This document shows positions 48,093 to 60,014 of a stretch of 64,000 bases of DNA, piece after piece. The notes under the pieces were generated by a model, which saw only the letters and a program-made list of their open reading frames with translations, made no database searches and had not been told where the DNA came from. A program made the position numbers and the translations under genes. Positions within the stretch are counted from its first letter, which is position 1; the number at the start of each line of letters is the position of its first letter. The stretch is from Mobula hypostoma (Eukaryota): contig NC_086108.1 in assembly GCF_963921235.1 (NCBI RefSeq), positions 12,090,001 through 12,154,000 of the forward strand, in the 5' to 3' direction.

Positions 48093-49084
48093 GTTACTCT
48101 TGCCCGCACTGCACCAGAATATGTGGATCATGTAGTGGCCTCTACAGCCTCCTGAGGAGCCACCAATCGGCAGCCGCTTGTGAGTGACAACTCTAATCAT
48201 CTCCGTCCATCGGGGAAACCACCCCACAGTATCTCCTCACTCAATCCATTTTACAACATTTCGTGTTTCAATGTGATCACTTCCTAAGCTTTACTGCCCA
48301 GAATTTCGAGGAATTTTTCATTTTTCCAGACCTCATGGACAGTGAATTTGTAGCAGAAACTCTCCAGCACACTTCTTTCTCCCCCACCATCCAATCCCGT
48401 GACCTTTCCCAATCCAGCCACACAGAATGTGAAATCCTGCATTTAACCAGATTTACCAGTTTCTCCACTCAGAATCTACCAACATCCTGGCAGCGTAGGA
48501 AGTGGCCAACACTGCGTTGCTGATCGAGACTTGCATGCTCTGGCAGCTCTTCACTGAGAGCAGACTGTATTTGCTGAACACAGGGCTGTCAAACGCTTTT
48601 TTTTGAGAGGTACCAGCTGTACGCATTAATTTTGATGCCCGCTCAGTGATGTTTAGGAATTTCACACCAAAGTGATTCCTACAATTAGAGCCAGCCTCTG
48701 CCAATGTGACAGACATTGGGAAGTCCAGGCACGTCACCGGACCAGCTCGGGTGACAGATTTGCATTAAACCTCTCTCTCACCTCAGGGCACCTTGTGCTC
48801 ACATTATTAATGGAAAGGATGATGATCTTTGAGGAGACCTTGCAGCCTGAGTTAAAATTGATTGAAATTATCTGATTTATGTCACATTGCCAGTATGTGG
48901 GCTCGTTTTGGCCGAGATATGTATTGGTTATAGTTACAGCATTGAAATGAGGCTTAATTAGTCTCAATGACTTTGACAATATGTCAGCATGAGCGTTTTT
49001 TAATACTAATATGTTGCTATAACGAAGACCTAGGCAGTGCTGAAATAAACCAGTTCACGCAGAGGGGCATTGGTATTGTTCGTA

Positions 49085-49795
49085 TTGGTCAGTAGAGAGG
49101 CTACAGAAGGACTTAGACAGATTAGAGAAGGGACAAAGAAGTGGCAGATGGAATTCAGTGCTGGGAATTGGATGGTCATGCACTTTGGTAGAAGAAATAA
49201 AAGGGTGGACTATTTTTTAAATGGAGAGAAAATACAAAAAAACTGAGGTGCAAAGGAATTTGAGAGTCCTTGTGCATGATTCCCTAAAGGTTAATTTGCA
49301 GGTTGAGTCGGTGGTAGGAAAGGCAAATGCAGCGTTAGCATCCATTTCAAGAGGGCTAGGATATAAAAGCAAAGATGTAATATTGAGGCTTTATTGATGA
49401 GGCCTCACTTGGAGTATTGTGAGCAGTTTTGGGCCCCTTATCTAAGAAAGGGTGGGCTGATATTTAAGAGGGTTCAAAGGAGGTTCATAAAAATGATTCC
49501 AGGATTGAAAAGCTTGCCAACTGAGGAGCATTTGATGACGTTGAGCCTGTATTCGCTGGAATTCAGAAGAATGAGGGGTGACCTCATTGAAACCTATCGA
49601 ATGGTGAAAGCCCTCAATAGAGTGGATGTGGAGAGGATCTTTCCTATGGTGGGAGAGACTAAGACCAGAGGACACAGCCTCAGAATAGAGGTGTGTCCTT
49701 TTAGAATGGAGATGAGGAGAAATTTCTTTAGCCAGAGAGTGGTGAATTTCTGGAATTTATTGCCACAAGCGGCTGTGAATGACAAATCATTGTTT
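49085..49795 (+). mobile_element. CR1 LINE fragment
   Basis: ORF 49394..49819 RPHLEYCEQFWAP...RNFFSQRVVN. Confidence 0.9.
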
Positions 49796-50089
49796 GGGAA
49801 TACAAATTGGAAAGCCTGATAAATCTGACAAATGCCAGCCACTCTTAGGAAACAAAAATAATTCAGAGAAAAACAACACAAAGGTTTCTATGGGACAGTT
49901 TAGATGTGGCTTGTAAAGATTCTGGAAATGAACAGCTGACATCGGTGAAACATTCATGAAGCTGATGGGTCATTGACAACTGCCAGCCTTTGCTGATGTC
50001 CTTGAAGAAGGGCCCTGCATTGGAGTCTGTTGGACATGTTGAAGCAGACCACAGCTGTGATGGGGCAGAACCAGGAGCATGAAGGACCA

Positions 50090-50690
50090 GGGCCTCCACA
50101 GGACCATAGTGTTGCCAGGGTGGGAACCTGCACGAGAACTCTCCTCCCAAACCTCGGCTTATTGTATCAGCACCTGTGCCCTGGATGAAGCAATACATGA
50201 GAATGGTTGTGAAGCTGGACAATATACTGGTCAGGTGCTGAGAAACTGTGCAACCCAGCTAACAGAGGTCTTAATGGACATCTCTAAATATGTCTCTGAA
50301 AGAGTATGCAGTCTCTAAAGGCTTCAAGGCTTCCAGTACTGAAGAGAGTGACAGTAACTGGCCTAAAGGATTGCTACAACAATCATGAAGTGTTCTGAGT
50401 GGCTGGTAATAGATCGTATAAAATATCACCTTCCAGCAACATTGGACCCTTTCCAGTTCGCCTACCGCTCAAGTTGATGGCGCCATAGCATCGGCCCTCC
50501 TCCCTGCTTGTCCCACCAGAGAAACGGTGCCTCGTATGGCAGGATGTTCTTCATCAACTTCATCTCGGTATGAAACACAGTCTTCCCTCAGAGGATGGTG
50601 GGTATGCTGTCCTCGTTGGGACTCTGTAACTGGCGGAAAGACCCCGGTCAGTCCAAGTTGTCAGTAACATCACACACTGAGCACTGGTGA
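50090..50690 (+). mobile_element. Highly decayed Rex1-type RT fragment
   Basis: LRNCATQLTEV, IMKCSEWLV, LDPFQFAYR and RMFFINF. Confidence 0.7.
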
Positions 50691-51044
50691 GTGCATTAAG
50701 GAGAGAGGAATTGAACGAGCTTGCTGGTTCTACTGGGAGATGACATGGACTCAGCTGAATCACCTCTTCTATCTTTATGTATTTATTTGTTTAATGATAT
50801 AGCAAGAATGCCACAAGAACATTGTGACCAGTTAAAAACATGCAGCTCTCATCGTATTGGCCGTTTTATTTCTCATGAGGGCCTACATCGTGGTCACTTG
50901 AAAACAAACCAAAACCACTCAGAGACTGGGGGGTGTGGGGGAGGGTTGACACTTTGTGATGCTCTAACCACAGTAATGAAGTTCTAATTTGAAGAAAGTA
51001 CGTACAATCCTCGATTAAGTAACCAGCAAAGTTAAAAAATCTGA

Positions 51045-51470
51045 TCTGAGTTATATAGAAAGATTGAATAGGTTGGAACTTTATTCCTTGGAATGTAGAA
51101 GACTGAGAGAGGATTTGATAGAGGTATACAAAATTATGAGGAGTATAGACAGGATTGCTGCAAGCAGTCTCTTTCCACTGAGGTTGGGTGGGATGACAAG
51201 CAGAGGTCATGGGTTAGGGGTGAAAGGTGAAAAGTTTAAGGGGAACATGAGGGAGAACTTCTTCACTCAGAGGGTCATAAGAGTGTGGAATGAGCTGCCA
51301 GTGCAAGAGATGGATGTAGGTTTGATTTCAAGGTTTAAGAGAAGTTTGGATAGGTACTTGGATGGTGGAGGGCTATCGTTCCGGTGCAGGTCAATGGGAG
51401 TAGTTTAAATAGTTTGGCATGGACTTGATGGGCTGAAGGGCCTGCTGCACTTTTCTATGACTTTATTACT
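51045..51470 (+). mobile_element. CR1 LINE 3' fragment (different subfamily)
   Basis: LYSLECRRLREDLIEVYKIM...NFFTQRVIRVWNELP. Confidence 0.88.
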
Positions 51471-51861
51471 CTATCTTGCAGTGATAAAAACTAATGAAGT
51501 TAAAACAAACGATATAACAAAATAAGCCGTCTTAAACATTCTTAAGCATAATTAAGCGTTCTTAAGTGGTCAAACAAGAAATATTATTCCGGCTGCCTCT
51601 CTGGTTCCAGACTAAACTCAGCTAAGACAAAGCGTGAATACATAACTATACTCTTCGCTTCCACCACACCCAACCCAGCTGACAAATTACCCATAATAAA
51701 CACGCAACACAAAATACAATACAGACTGAGACTAAATAGGTACATGGTTCCTACAGCCCAGATTTGTAAGGCATGGCTTCTAAATAATTACTAATGGTTG
51801 AGAAGGAAGAAAGACTAATAAGAAAGCGAGGCAGCTGGTGGGAATTACCTTCTCCTCTACT

Positions 51862-52280
51862 GCCGCACCTCATATTCCATCTGGGTAGCCTCCAACGTAA
51901 TGGCATGAATATAGACTTCTCTTTCTGGTATACAAATTCCACCCCCCCCCCAATCCCCACTCTGACCCTTTACCTCTTCTCACCTACCTACTTCTTTCCC
52001 CGGGTCCCTTCCTATGGTCTACTCTCCTCTCTTATCAGATTCCTTCTTCTCCATCCCTTGACCTTTCTCACCCACCTGGCTTCGCCAATCACCCTCCAGC
52101 AAGCCTCCTTCCCCTCCCGCCCACCTTTTTATTCTGGCATCTTCCCTCTTCCTTCCCAGACCTAGCGAAGGGTCTCAGCTCAAAACAGTGACTATCCATT
52201 TATTTCCATAGATGCTGCCCGACCTGCTGAGTTCCTCCAGCATCTTGTGCATATTGCATCTGCCGAATCCCTTGTGTTTA
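51862..52280 (+). mobile_element. PLE 3' end with a dead hammerhead motif (52157-52194)
   Basis: HLIFHLGSLQRNGMNIDFS, pyrimidine-rich UTR and terminal repeat. Confidence 0.85.
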
Positions 52281-52934
52281 TGATCCTGGTTTGTTACTGC
52301 TGTGCTGGGCAGATAGAACAAGAGCTTGTGGTATTTGGTAACAAATACCTACATTACTTCAGATTTATCTTTGCTTATTCTCTACCAGCATTGAGCAGGG
52401 AAGACTCACTGAGGCAAACTGCTCCATTTTCATAAAAGGCTTCTTCCTTCTGTTGTAAAAATAGAACTTAAGCATCCATGCAATGGCTCTTTAACAAGCT
52501 AAACCTTGTGTCCTTGATGAATATTCCTGACTAAGTATTTTGTTCCCTGCATCACTAGACAGTTGACAATTTGTATACGGATTTCTCCGGAAACCTGGCA
52601 GAGTTCCCTCTGCAAACAGCAATGCTAATTGCCCATCAGTATGATGTGTCTCACCAGGTGGGCTTACTTCGGTCAAACACTAACTGGCACAGCCAGTCCA
52701 TCAACGTCATGGTTGGCAGAGTTAGTCAGAGGACAGAAGTGTGAAAGTGGTTCCATCAGACTGTTGGAGGGGGGGCGGGGTGCCGTGGGGGGAGGGGATA
52801 AGAGTGGCTCAAGGCCCCATTTCCACTTAATGCTCAAGAACTGGCGTCAGTTTGAATTCTGGAAATTGTGTCCTGAAGGAGGCAGCAGGTTTCAGAGTCA
52901 AGGGGAAAAAGATGCCAGAGCTGAGCAGTAGTTA

Positions 52935-53368
52935 AACCTTGTTCCAGCAGATGTACACTGTGTTCCAGCAGAGGCACACCTTGTTCCAGCAGATGTACAC
53001 CTTGTTCCAGCAGAGGCAATCTTTGTTCCAGTAGAGGCACACCTTGTTCCAGCAGATGTACACCTTGTTCCAGCAGAGGCAATCTTTGTTCCAGCAGAGG
53101 CACACCTTGTTCCAGCAGATGTACACCTTGTTCCAGCAGAGGCAATCTTTGTTCCAGTAGAGGCACACCTTGTTCCAGCAGATGTACACCTTGTTCCAGC
53201 AGAGGCAATCTTTGTTCCAGCAGAGGCACACCTTGTTCCAGCAGATGTACACCTTGTTCCAGCAGAGGCAATCTTTGTTCCAGCAGAGGCACACCTTGTT
53301 CCAGCAGATGTACACCTTGTTCCAGCAGAGGCGAACTTTGCTCCAGCAGAGGCACACCTTATTCCAGC
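52935..53368. repeat. 21-bp minisatellite with 63-bp higher-order period; diverged units resume at ~53938-54000
   Basis: Units ACCTTGTTCCAGCAGATGTAC / ACCTTGTTCCAGCAGAGGCAA / TCTTTGTTCCAGCAGAGGCAC, about 20 units. Confidence 0.97.
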
Positions 53369-53379
53369 ATAGGACAAAG

Positions 53380-53936
53380 AACACACATACACACATTATA
53401 GATCCTTTGGCTCACAGTGTTTTGCAAACCATGTAACCTACTCGAGAAACTGCCTAGACTTTCCCTAGCACATAGCCCTCTATCTTTCAAAGCTCCATGT
53501 ACCTATCTAAGAGTCTCTTAAAAGACCCTATTGTATCCACCTCCACCACCATCACTGGCAGTGCATTCCATGTATCCACCACACCCTGTGAAAAACTTAC
53601 CCTTAATATCCCCTCTGTACCTACTTCCAAGCACCTTATAACTGTGCCCCCTCATGATAGTCACTTCCTTTGGCTATCCACACGATCAATGCCTCTCGTG
53701 AACTTACACATCTCTATCAGGTCACCTCTCATCCTCCATCACTCCAAGGAGAAAAGGCCAAGTTCACCCAACCTATTCTCATAAGGTATGCTCTCCAATC
53801 CAGGCAACATCCTTGTAAATCTCCTCTGCACTTTCTCTGTAGTATCCACATCCTTCCTGTAGTGAGGTGCCAGAGCTGAGCACAGTACTCCAGGTGGGGT
53901 CTAACTAAGGTCTTACATAGCTGTAACATTACCTCA
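53380..53936 (-). mobile_element. CR1 LINE 3' fragment inserted in the 21-bp minisatellite
   Basis: EVMLQLCKTLVRPHLEYCAQLW. Confidence 0.85.
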
Positions 53937-54529
53937 AGAGGCACATTTTGCTCCAGCAGATACACACTTTGCTCCAGCAAATGTGCAGCTCGTTCCAGCT
54001 GAGTTATACCTTGATCCAGCACCATCCAACAGACCAAGTTTCACCATTCCCAACAGGACCAAGGGAACTGGATAGCATGAACAAATGTTAAATGGGCATA
54101 ATCCAAAGCCAGGCCATTCCAGTTATTGCCAGTAGACCACAAAATCTATGGACAGGATTTATAAATCGTCTGTGGTATCCCACCATTGATTGAGACATCA
54201 ATGAAGCAAATTGTTGGATGCATACGAACTACAAAGCCTTTGTACATGATCAGCAAAAGTAGCCAGTGGAATCCCATTTTGGCCCAAGGACAATAGTGAG
54301 ATGTTGGTCAACTTAACGCAAGGCAAGCCTGATCATCCTTAACTCACAAAGACCCAAGGATAATGTTGATTAATGACATCCAGATGCATGATTTTGTGAA
54401 CAAAGTCAAGACTACCATTGCATTAATTTGGAAATTAGTGGTATGAAATGTATAGATAATTTAAACCTGTGCCTTAGTATCAGCTGTAAAGTTCTTCCAT
54501 GCTGCATTTGCTGATGATCTACCCTCTAC

Positions 54530-55260
54530 TCAATAAGCTCAGAAAGTTGTAAACTTAGTCAGCTCCACCATGGGCACGAGCCTCCATAGCATCCAAGACA
54601 TTTTCAAGGGGCTATGCCTCAAAAAGGTGGTATCCATCATTAAGGACCCCGACACCCAGGTCATGTGTTGTTCTTGTTGTTACCATTGTTGGGGAAGCTG
54701 GTCCAATGAACCATCCTCCCCAACATCGAAGACATCTTCAAAAGGTGGTCTCAAACAGGTGGCATCAGTCATTAAAGACGCCCATCACTCAAGACTGTGT
54801 GGTGGATGGAGATGCATCTTTACCAAAGGAGGCTGTAAGGCACTCCTTCCCTCCACTAGCCTGCAGGTCACCCTTTGTCAAGGTTAGCACCTGCTTAGCC
54901 GCTGATCAGGGTCACGTGAAGCCTCAGGAGCAGGTGGTAGAAGATCGTATGAGCAGCCGGTGCTGATCACAAGTCCTGGTTATGCAACCATTGACACCAG
55001 GCAGACAGTCTCTGAAGAGTACAAATAATTTTTCTATTTCTGTAGAAAAATTGGCCAAGAACAGTCAAGGTCATGGAAGGACCATGATCACTCACGTCAT
55101 AGGACACAACACATAATGAATGAGTGATTGCCCAGGACATGTCATCTTCTGAGTGCTATCATTAGGGAGGAGGTGTAGGAGGGTGAAGATGCACACACAA
55201 TGTTTTAGGAGCAGCTTCCTCCCCTCCACTATCAGATTTCTGAATGGAAAATGAAACAAC
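54530..55260 (+). mobile_element. Rex1-type 3' fragments interrupted by other elements
   Basis: GTSLHSIQDIFK..CLKKVVSIIKDP. Confidence 0.7.
54796..55123 (+). mobile_element. Short non-autonomous retroelement, family B (probably RTE-related)
   Basis: Second copy at 59315-59700; (AATG)n tail; no A/B boxes recognised. Confidence 0.65.
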
Positions 55261-55264
55261 ACAT

Positions 55265-55566
55265 AGGCATCCGTTAGTCTCATGAGACCATGGATTTGCA
55301 CCTTGGAAGGTTTCCAGGGTGCAGGCCTGGGCAAGGTTGCATGGAAGACCAGCAGTTGCCCATGCTGCAAGTCTCCCCTCTCCATGCCACCGATGTTGTC
55401 CAAGGGAAGGGTATTAGGACCCATACAGCTTGACACCGGTGTTGTCGCAGAGAAATGTGTGGTTAATTGCCTTGCTCAAGGACACACGCTGTCTCAGACA
55501 AGACTCAAATGAGCGACCTTCAAATCACTAGGCAATTGCCTTAACCACTTGGCCATGCGCCAACAC
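55265..55566 (-). mobile_element. tRNA-derived SINE, full length
   Basis: A box TGGCCAAGTGG and a perfect 12-bp TSD GAAACAACACAT (55253-55264 / 55567-55578). Confidence 0.9.
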
Positions 55567-55592
55567 GAAACAACACATGAACACTACTAACT

Positions 55593-56495
55593 AGTTCTGC
55601 TTCCGAAAGAAGATGGTACTGGCGACTAACGTGACCAATGGCAACATCTTGCAGACGGTTCACAAAACTATTTCTTTCACTTCTTTTACATGTTTTTCTT
55701 TCAAATGTGGTTCTGCTACCGCTAGAGCCTGTGATCTACATTTTGGCGGCAAGCTTTTGGGCCAACTGAATGATGTGGTGCTTTGCTGTCTCCTAGGGTG
55801 TTCGGTGAGGCATGAGAACTTGAGGCCAAGAAGCCGGGAGATGGGGTACAAGGCCACGTTTAACTCCTCTTCTTGCTGATCTCACCAATTAAAGCATCGA
55901 GGAAGACTGAAACCATTGAGATGAGAGTGGAATGCGAGGGGGTGTCCAGTGCCGTCTACAGCCTCTCACTCGCTGCGGCAGAAGGAAGGTATCTGTGTGT
56001 GATGGTCCCTCGCTCTCCCACTCACTCACTGCTCCCACAGGAAGGACCCTACATTTGCATAGTTTCTCTCCCCGCGATTTTGTCGGAACATAGTGCCACA
56101 GTTCTGTGTCTTGGGCAAGGTTTAATTGATGAAGTTTGTGGATTGTGGATTGGATTATACGTTATGATGTGTTTCTGGTTTCTGGTTGTTGCTTTTTTTT
56201 TGTTGCTATTGTAGCCAATTTTTATCTACAGGTGACCTGTAGGTAATGAATGGCACAGTGCTAGATTGAAATCAACTGAATATACCTGGAGTCTTGTGAT
56301 TTTGTGCTTTATATTCTGTGTTTTCCACTCGTTTTGTTTTGCCACTTGTGTTGCTTGTTTTATTTGGGTGCCGGTGAGGGGGTAGGGTTCAACTTTCTTC
56401 GAACATTTTCCATGGTTTTATTTGTCACGTTGCTGTTGGTGGGGTGAGAAATCTCAGGGTTGTATACTGCATGCATACTTTGACAATAAATGTAC
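55593..56495 (+). mobile_element. Non-coding element with Rex1-type tail
   Basis: 5' CTTCCG..AAGATGG; 3' AATCTCAGGGTTGTATA...ACTTTGACAATAAATGTAC. Confidence 0.6.
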
Positions 56496-56852
56496 TGTGA
56501 CGTTCTGGGGGGCCCGCCCCTGCATTTCTAATGACCACATTGTATATTGCTCTTGTGTTCAAATGATTTTGTGGGATTATGGTGGGAAGTTCCAGTTCAT
56601 TTATTGTTACATTTTAGCTTGGGTTATACAGTATTTGCTTGTGTATTTGTGGGTCACCCTAACTGTAACCGGGCTGTGTGATGGTCACCTCTCCCATTTG
56701 TGTGAGACTGGTGAGGTTCATTCTCTGGGTCATGGTGCCCGGTCTATTTTGTGTCCAACACAATAAAACAGTTGTTGAGTTCAATGAGCTTCCTCGTCTG
56801 TCACTTTGAAACTATTTATTTGTTCTGTTTTGCACAACATACTTAATATAAT

Positions 56853-56948
56853 TGTGTGTGTGTGTGTGTTGGGGGGTTGGTGTGTATGTGTGTGTGTTGG
56901 AGGGTTGGTGTGTGTGTGTGTGTGTTGGGGAGGTTGGTGTGTGTGTGT
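56853..56948. repeat. Compound (GT)n microsatellite with G-run spacers (~30-bp period), inside a Rex1 3' UTR (~56810-57055)
   Basis: Directly visible. Confidence 0.92.
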
Positions 56949-57825
56949 CATTTCGGTGTATATGCATGCATCTTTATGTATTACATTGTACTGCTGCCGC
57001 AAAACAATAAATTTCACGACATATGCCACTGATATTCAACCTGATTTTGATTCTGTGCTATTGACACCAATAATTTGCTCCTAAGCAAATGCCAGCCGTT
57101 TGCCAATGCTAGTGATCCAATTGGGAAATTTTCAAACTACTTTCCAAGATGAACCACAAGTAGTCATATTTATAAAAAGCCCGTGTGATCCGTAGGTCAT
57201 TGAAGAATGAATATCAAGTAGCAGGCCAGCAGTTCTGATGTGTGAGCAGAGAAACGGGAGGGGGAGGAGGAGGGGAGGCTGCTCATTGTCTGGGCAAGAT
57301 TACCATCAGCTACCATCCAACAAAGCAGCTCTCTGGTAATGATCACGAGGTTAAAGGTCAGTGTGTGCTAATTGAAAGATCAGATACAGAGGGAGTCTTG
57401 AGCCACATGTTCTGTCAATTGATTTCAAAATTGTTCTGCAGTTTTAAAAGCTGCAGTTATATAATAATCTCAGAATGAATAATTAATGCTTCAAGGAAGA
57501 TTCGATTATAAATATGTTAATCAGACATATTGTCAGTGTTCTGACATTGTGATTAGACTTCTCGAATGCATTTATACTCACACTTCTGTTGCTGGTAATA
57601 AACTGTGAAGATAAACAGAGTGGAGTCACAGGCAGTTCTCAGTGCCAGAGAACGGTTTCGCAATCACCTCCTGCCACAGGCTCACTACCAACGTCAGTGT
57701 GAACCTGGCTCCAGAGCAGTGAAAGCTCCTCTGCGCCAAAAGGAGAGTGCTCAAGGGTTTTAGCATCCAGGAAGAGCGAGGCACTTCTATATCAGTAATA
57801 TTTGAGTGTGGTGTATGGGGTCTTC

Positions 57826-59195
57826 CGGGAAGGTTAGCATCTCACTGAAGGGGCAGGTTGCGTCCATTCCAGGACAATTCGCTCACCTCTGGTCTCCACT
57901 GGACACATCCAACAGTGGCCACATCGCATACACTGGTTTGACAGGCCAGCTAAACCAGGTGAGGGTAGCTGGTAGGTCTCATACCCCAGTGAGATCAAAG
58001 TTTCAAAGGTTCAAAGGTTCATTTATTGTCAAAGAATACAGCTTGAAATTCTTCTTCGCTGGGTAGCCATGAAACCAAGGAAGAAAAGAAGGGTGGTACG
58101 ATCATAAACCCCCAAATCACCCCTCCAGCTCAAAAACAAAGAACAAAAATGGAGCAGGCACGCCAGCCCCCAAATCCTCCACCCCACACAAAAAAAACAA
58201 ACAAAAATGGAACAGGCACATTAATCCCCAAATCCCTCCTCCCAGACAAAAGAAACAAGAAAGATTGACTGAAAAACACAGAATATAAAGACTATAAGAC
58301 TGATATATAGCCTATAGTCCAAGGCCATATCCAAAACACAGTAAACCTGGGCAACACTCTCCGGGCCCAGTGGCAGACCTTTCCCTTTCCAGTAGCAATC
58401 AAAAGACAAGCAGCAGGTGCTCACCTCAACGTCTCAATCTCTCTCGGCACTTTAATCGGTGAAATGGAGTCGAACAACAGGTTGCACCACATCCTGCAGC
58501 CTTCTCATCACGAGGTTCGTGCACACTGTCTCTGTCTCCCAGAATCCTCTTGGAGACTGCAGAGCGCTTAAACACCCAAACCATCTCCAAGCATCCACAT
58601 GCACCTCGATGTTCCAATCTCCCTCGTTGCTTTAATCAGCAAAATGGAGTCGAATATTGGCTCACAGCTTGCCCGCCACAGGGTTTGTGCACACTGCCTC
58701 TGTCTCTTGGAATCGTCTTGGAGACTGCAGAGCGCTGGAAAATCCAAACAATCTCCAAACAGCTAATCACAGACTCCAACAGTTCCAGCATCACATCCAA
58801 GATGAAAATCAAATGTAAAAGACATAAAAGAAGTGAAATATATGGTTTCATGATCTATCCAGAAGACAACTAAAGGAACATTGTACTCAGGCTCCAACCT
58901 GACCTTGATAGGGACATGCCTGTCAGCTCCAGTAAACTGGGTGACTGAGATCTACAGTGAGCTCCAACGGCCAAGAAAACCGTACTGCAACACTTGCAGA
59001 GGGTAAAAGGCATGATGAGGCACAGAAGACATCATGGTCATCCACTGCAACCAGGGAAGACTTCTTCATACCACTGGACCCAGACTTCCGAGGTCAAGAG
59101 AGTGGAACTGCTCTAGTGCGACGGCTTTTCCACTTTAAAAACTCTCCCGCACATGTTTCCCGTCATTGCCGGACTCAATGGACAACCACAACCAC
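57826..59195 (+). mobile_element. Unclassified short retroelement (possibly Vingi/Ingi-derived), split by 57996-58906
   Basis: The two halves join at GAT; (ACC/ACA) tail; partial relative at 15215-15515. Confidence 0.45.
57996..58906 (-). mobile_element. Non-coding element with Rex1-type (TTTGAACC)n tail and internal duplications
   Basis: Flanked by GAT. A ~180-bp duplication (58423-58600 / 58603-58765) and ~60-bp repeats at 58105-58260. Confidence 0.65.
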
Positions 59196-59314
59196 CCCAA
59201 CATTGTCAATACATTGTTTGTGCAGCAGCCATATATCTATGTTCTGTCTCTCTGTATTATATTTTGTGTTGTCTATTTATTATGGGATGCAGTAATTTGT
59301 CACATGGGTTGAAT

Positions 59315-59700
59315 GTAAGTGGCGGGATGGAGATATGTCTCTACCAAAGGAGATGTAAGACACTTCCCTCTGCTAGCCCGTAGGTCACCCTTGGGCAAGG
59401 TGTAGCATCTGCTTAGCACACCCCCCTCGCAGATCAGGGTCACGTGAAGTCATGGAAACAGGTGGTGGATGGTTGAATGAGCAGCTGATGCCTATCACAA
59501 ACCCTGGTTTTGCAACCACTGACCCCAGGCAGACAATCTCTGTTAGGTATTGAGAATGGCAGGGGTTACCCATCTTGCAAAGATACAGCCCAGAAGAAGA
59601 CAATGGCAAACCATTTCTGCAGAAAAATTTGCCAAGGACAATCATGGTCATGGATAGACCATTATCACCCATGTCATACGACACCGTACATACTGAATGA
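59315..59700 (+). mobile_element. Short non-autonomous retroelement, family B
   Basis: Homologous to 54796-55123 (GATCAGGGTCACGTGAAG; CCAGGCAGACA). Confidence 0.7.
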
Positions 59701-59730
59701 ACAAACAGGAATTAGTCCCATGGGTTGGGG

Positions 59731-60014
59731 TGTCGTAGAAGTAACTGAGTATAATCATGTAGTCACCCTTGGTGCCATTAGTTTCGTTATAAAGGGGATG
59801 AGTCAGAAAATGGATATTTTTGTGGACCACTAATATTGCTAATTTCGCCAATACCATTAAATTCTCTATTGCTAAGCTGGTTCCATTTGTTTTTATCACT
59901 ATTTTTGATAATTTGTCTTTGTCGCTCATCTCTGCTGGATTTATAATAAAGAGGCGAATGTCTTTCAACTTGGAACTCAATTATTTGGAAGCACGTCTCA
60001 CAGTGTTAATTACA
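59731..60014 (+). mobile_element. Possible LTR upstream of the Gypsy internal region
   Basis: TGTCGTAG...AATTACA with TATAAAG and AATAAA; no partner LTR and no clean PBS. Confidence 0.45.

Noticed and set aside
50955..51755. TG...CA LTR interrupted by a CR1
   Set aside because: No TSD and no second copy in the window; the termini may be chance.
52834..53396. Leucine-zipper or Cys-rich protein (three overlapping minus-strand ORFs)
   Set aside because: All three frames are open because the 21-bp unit has no stop codon, and there is no flanking coding sequence.
56496..56803. LTR-like insert with AATAAA in a Rex tail
   Set aside because: It begins TG and ends CA, but has no TSD and an uncertain right end.
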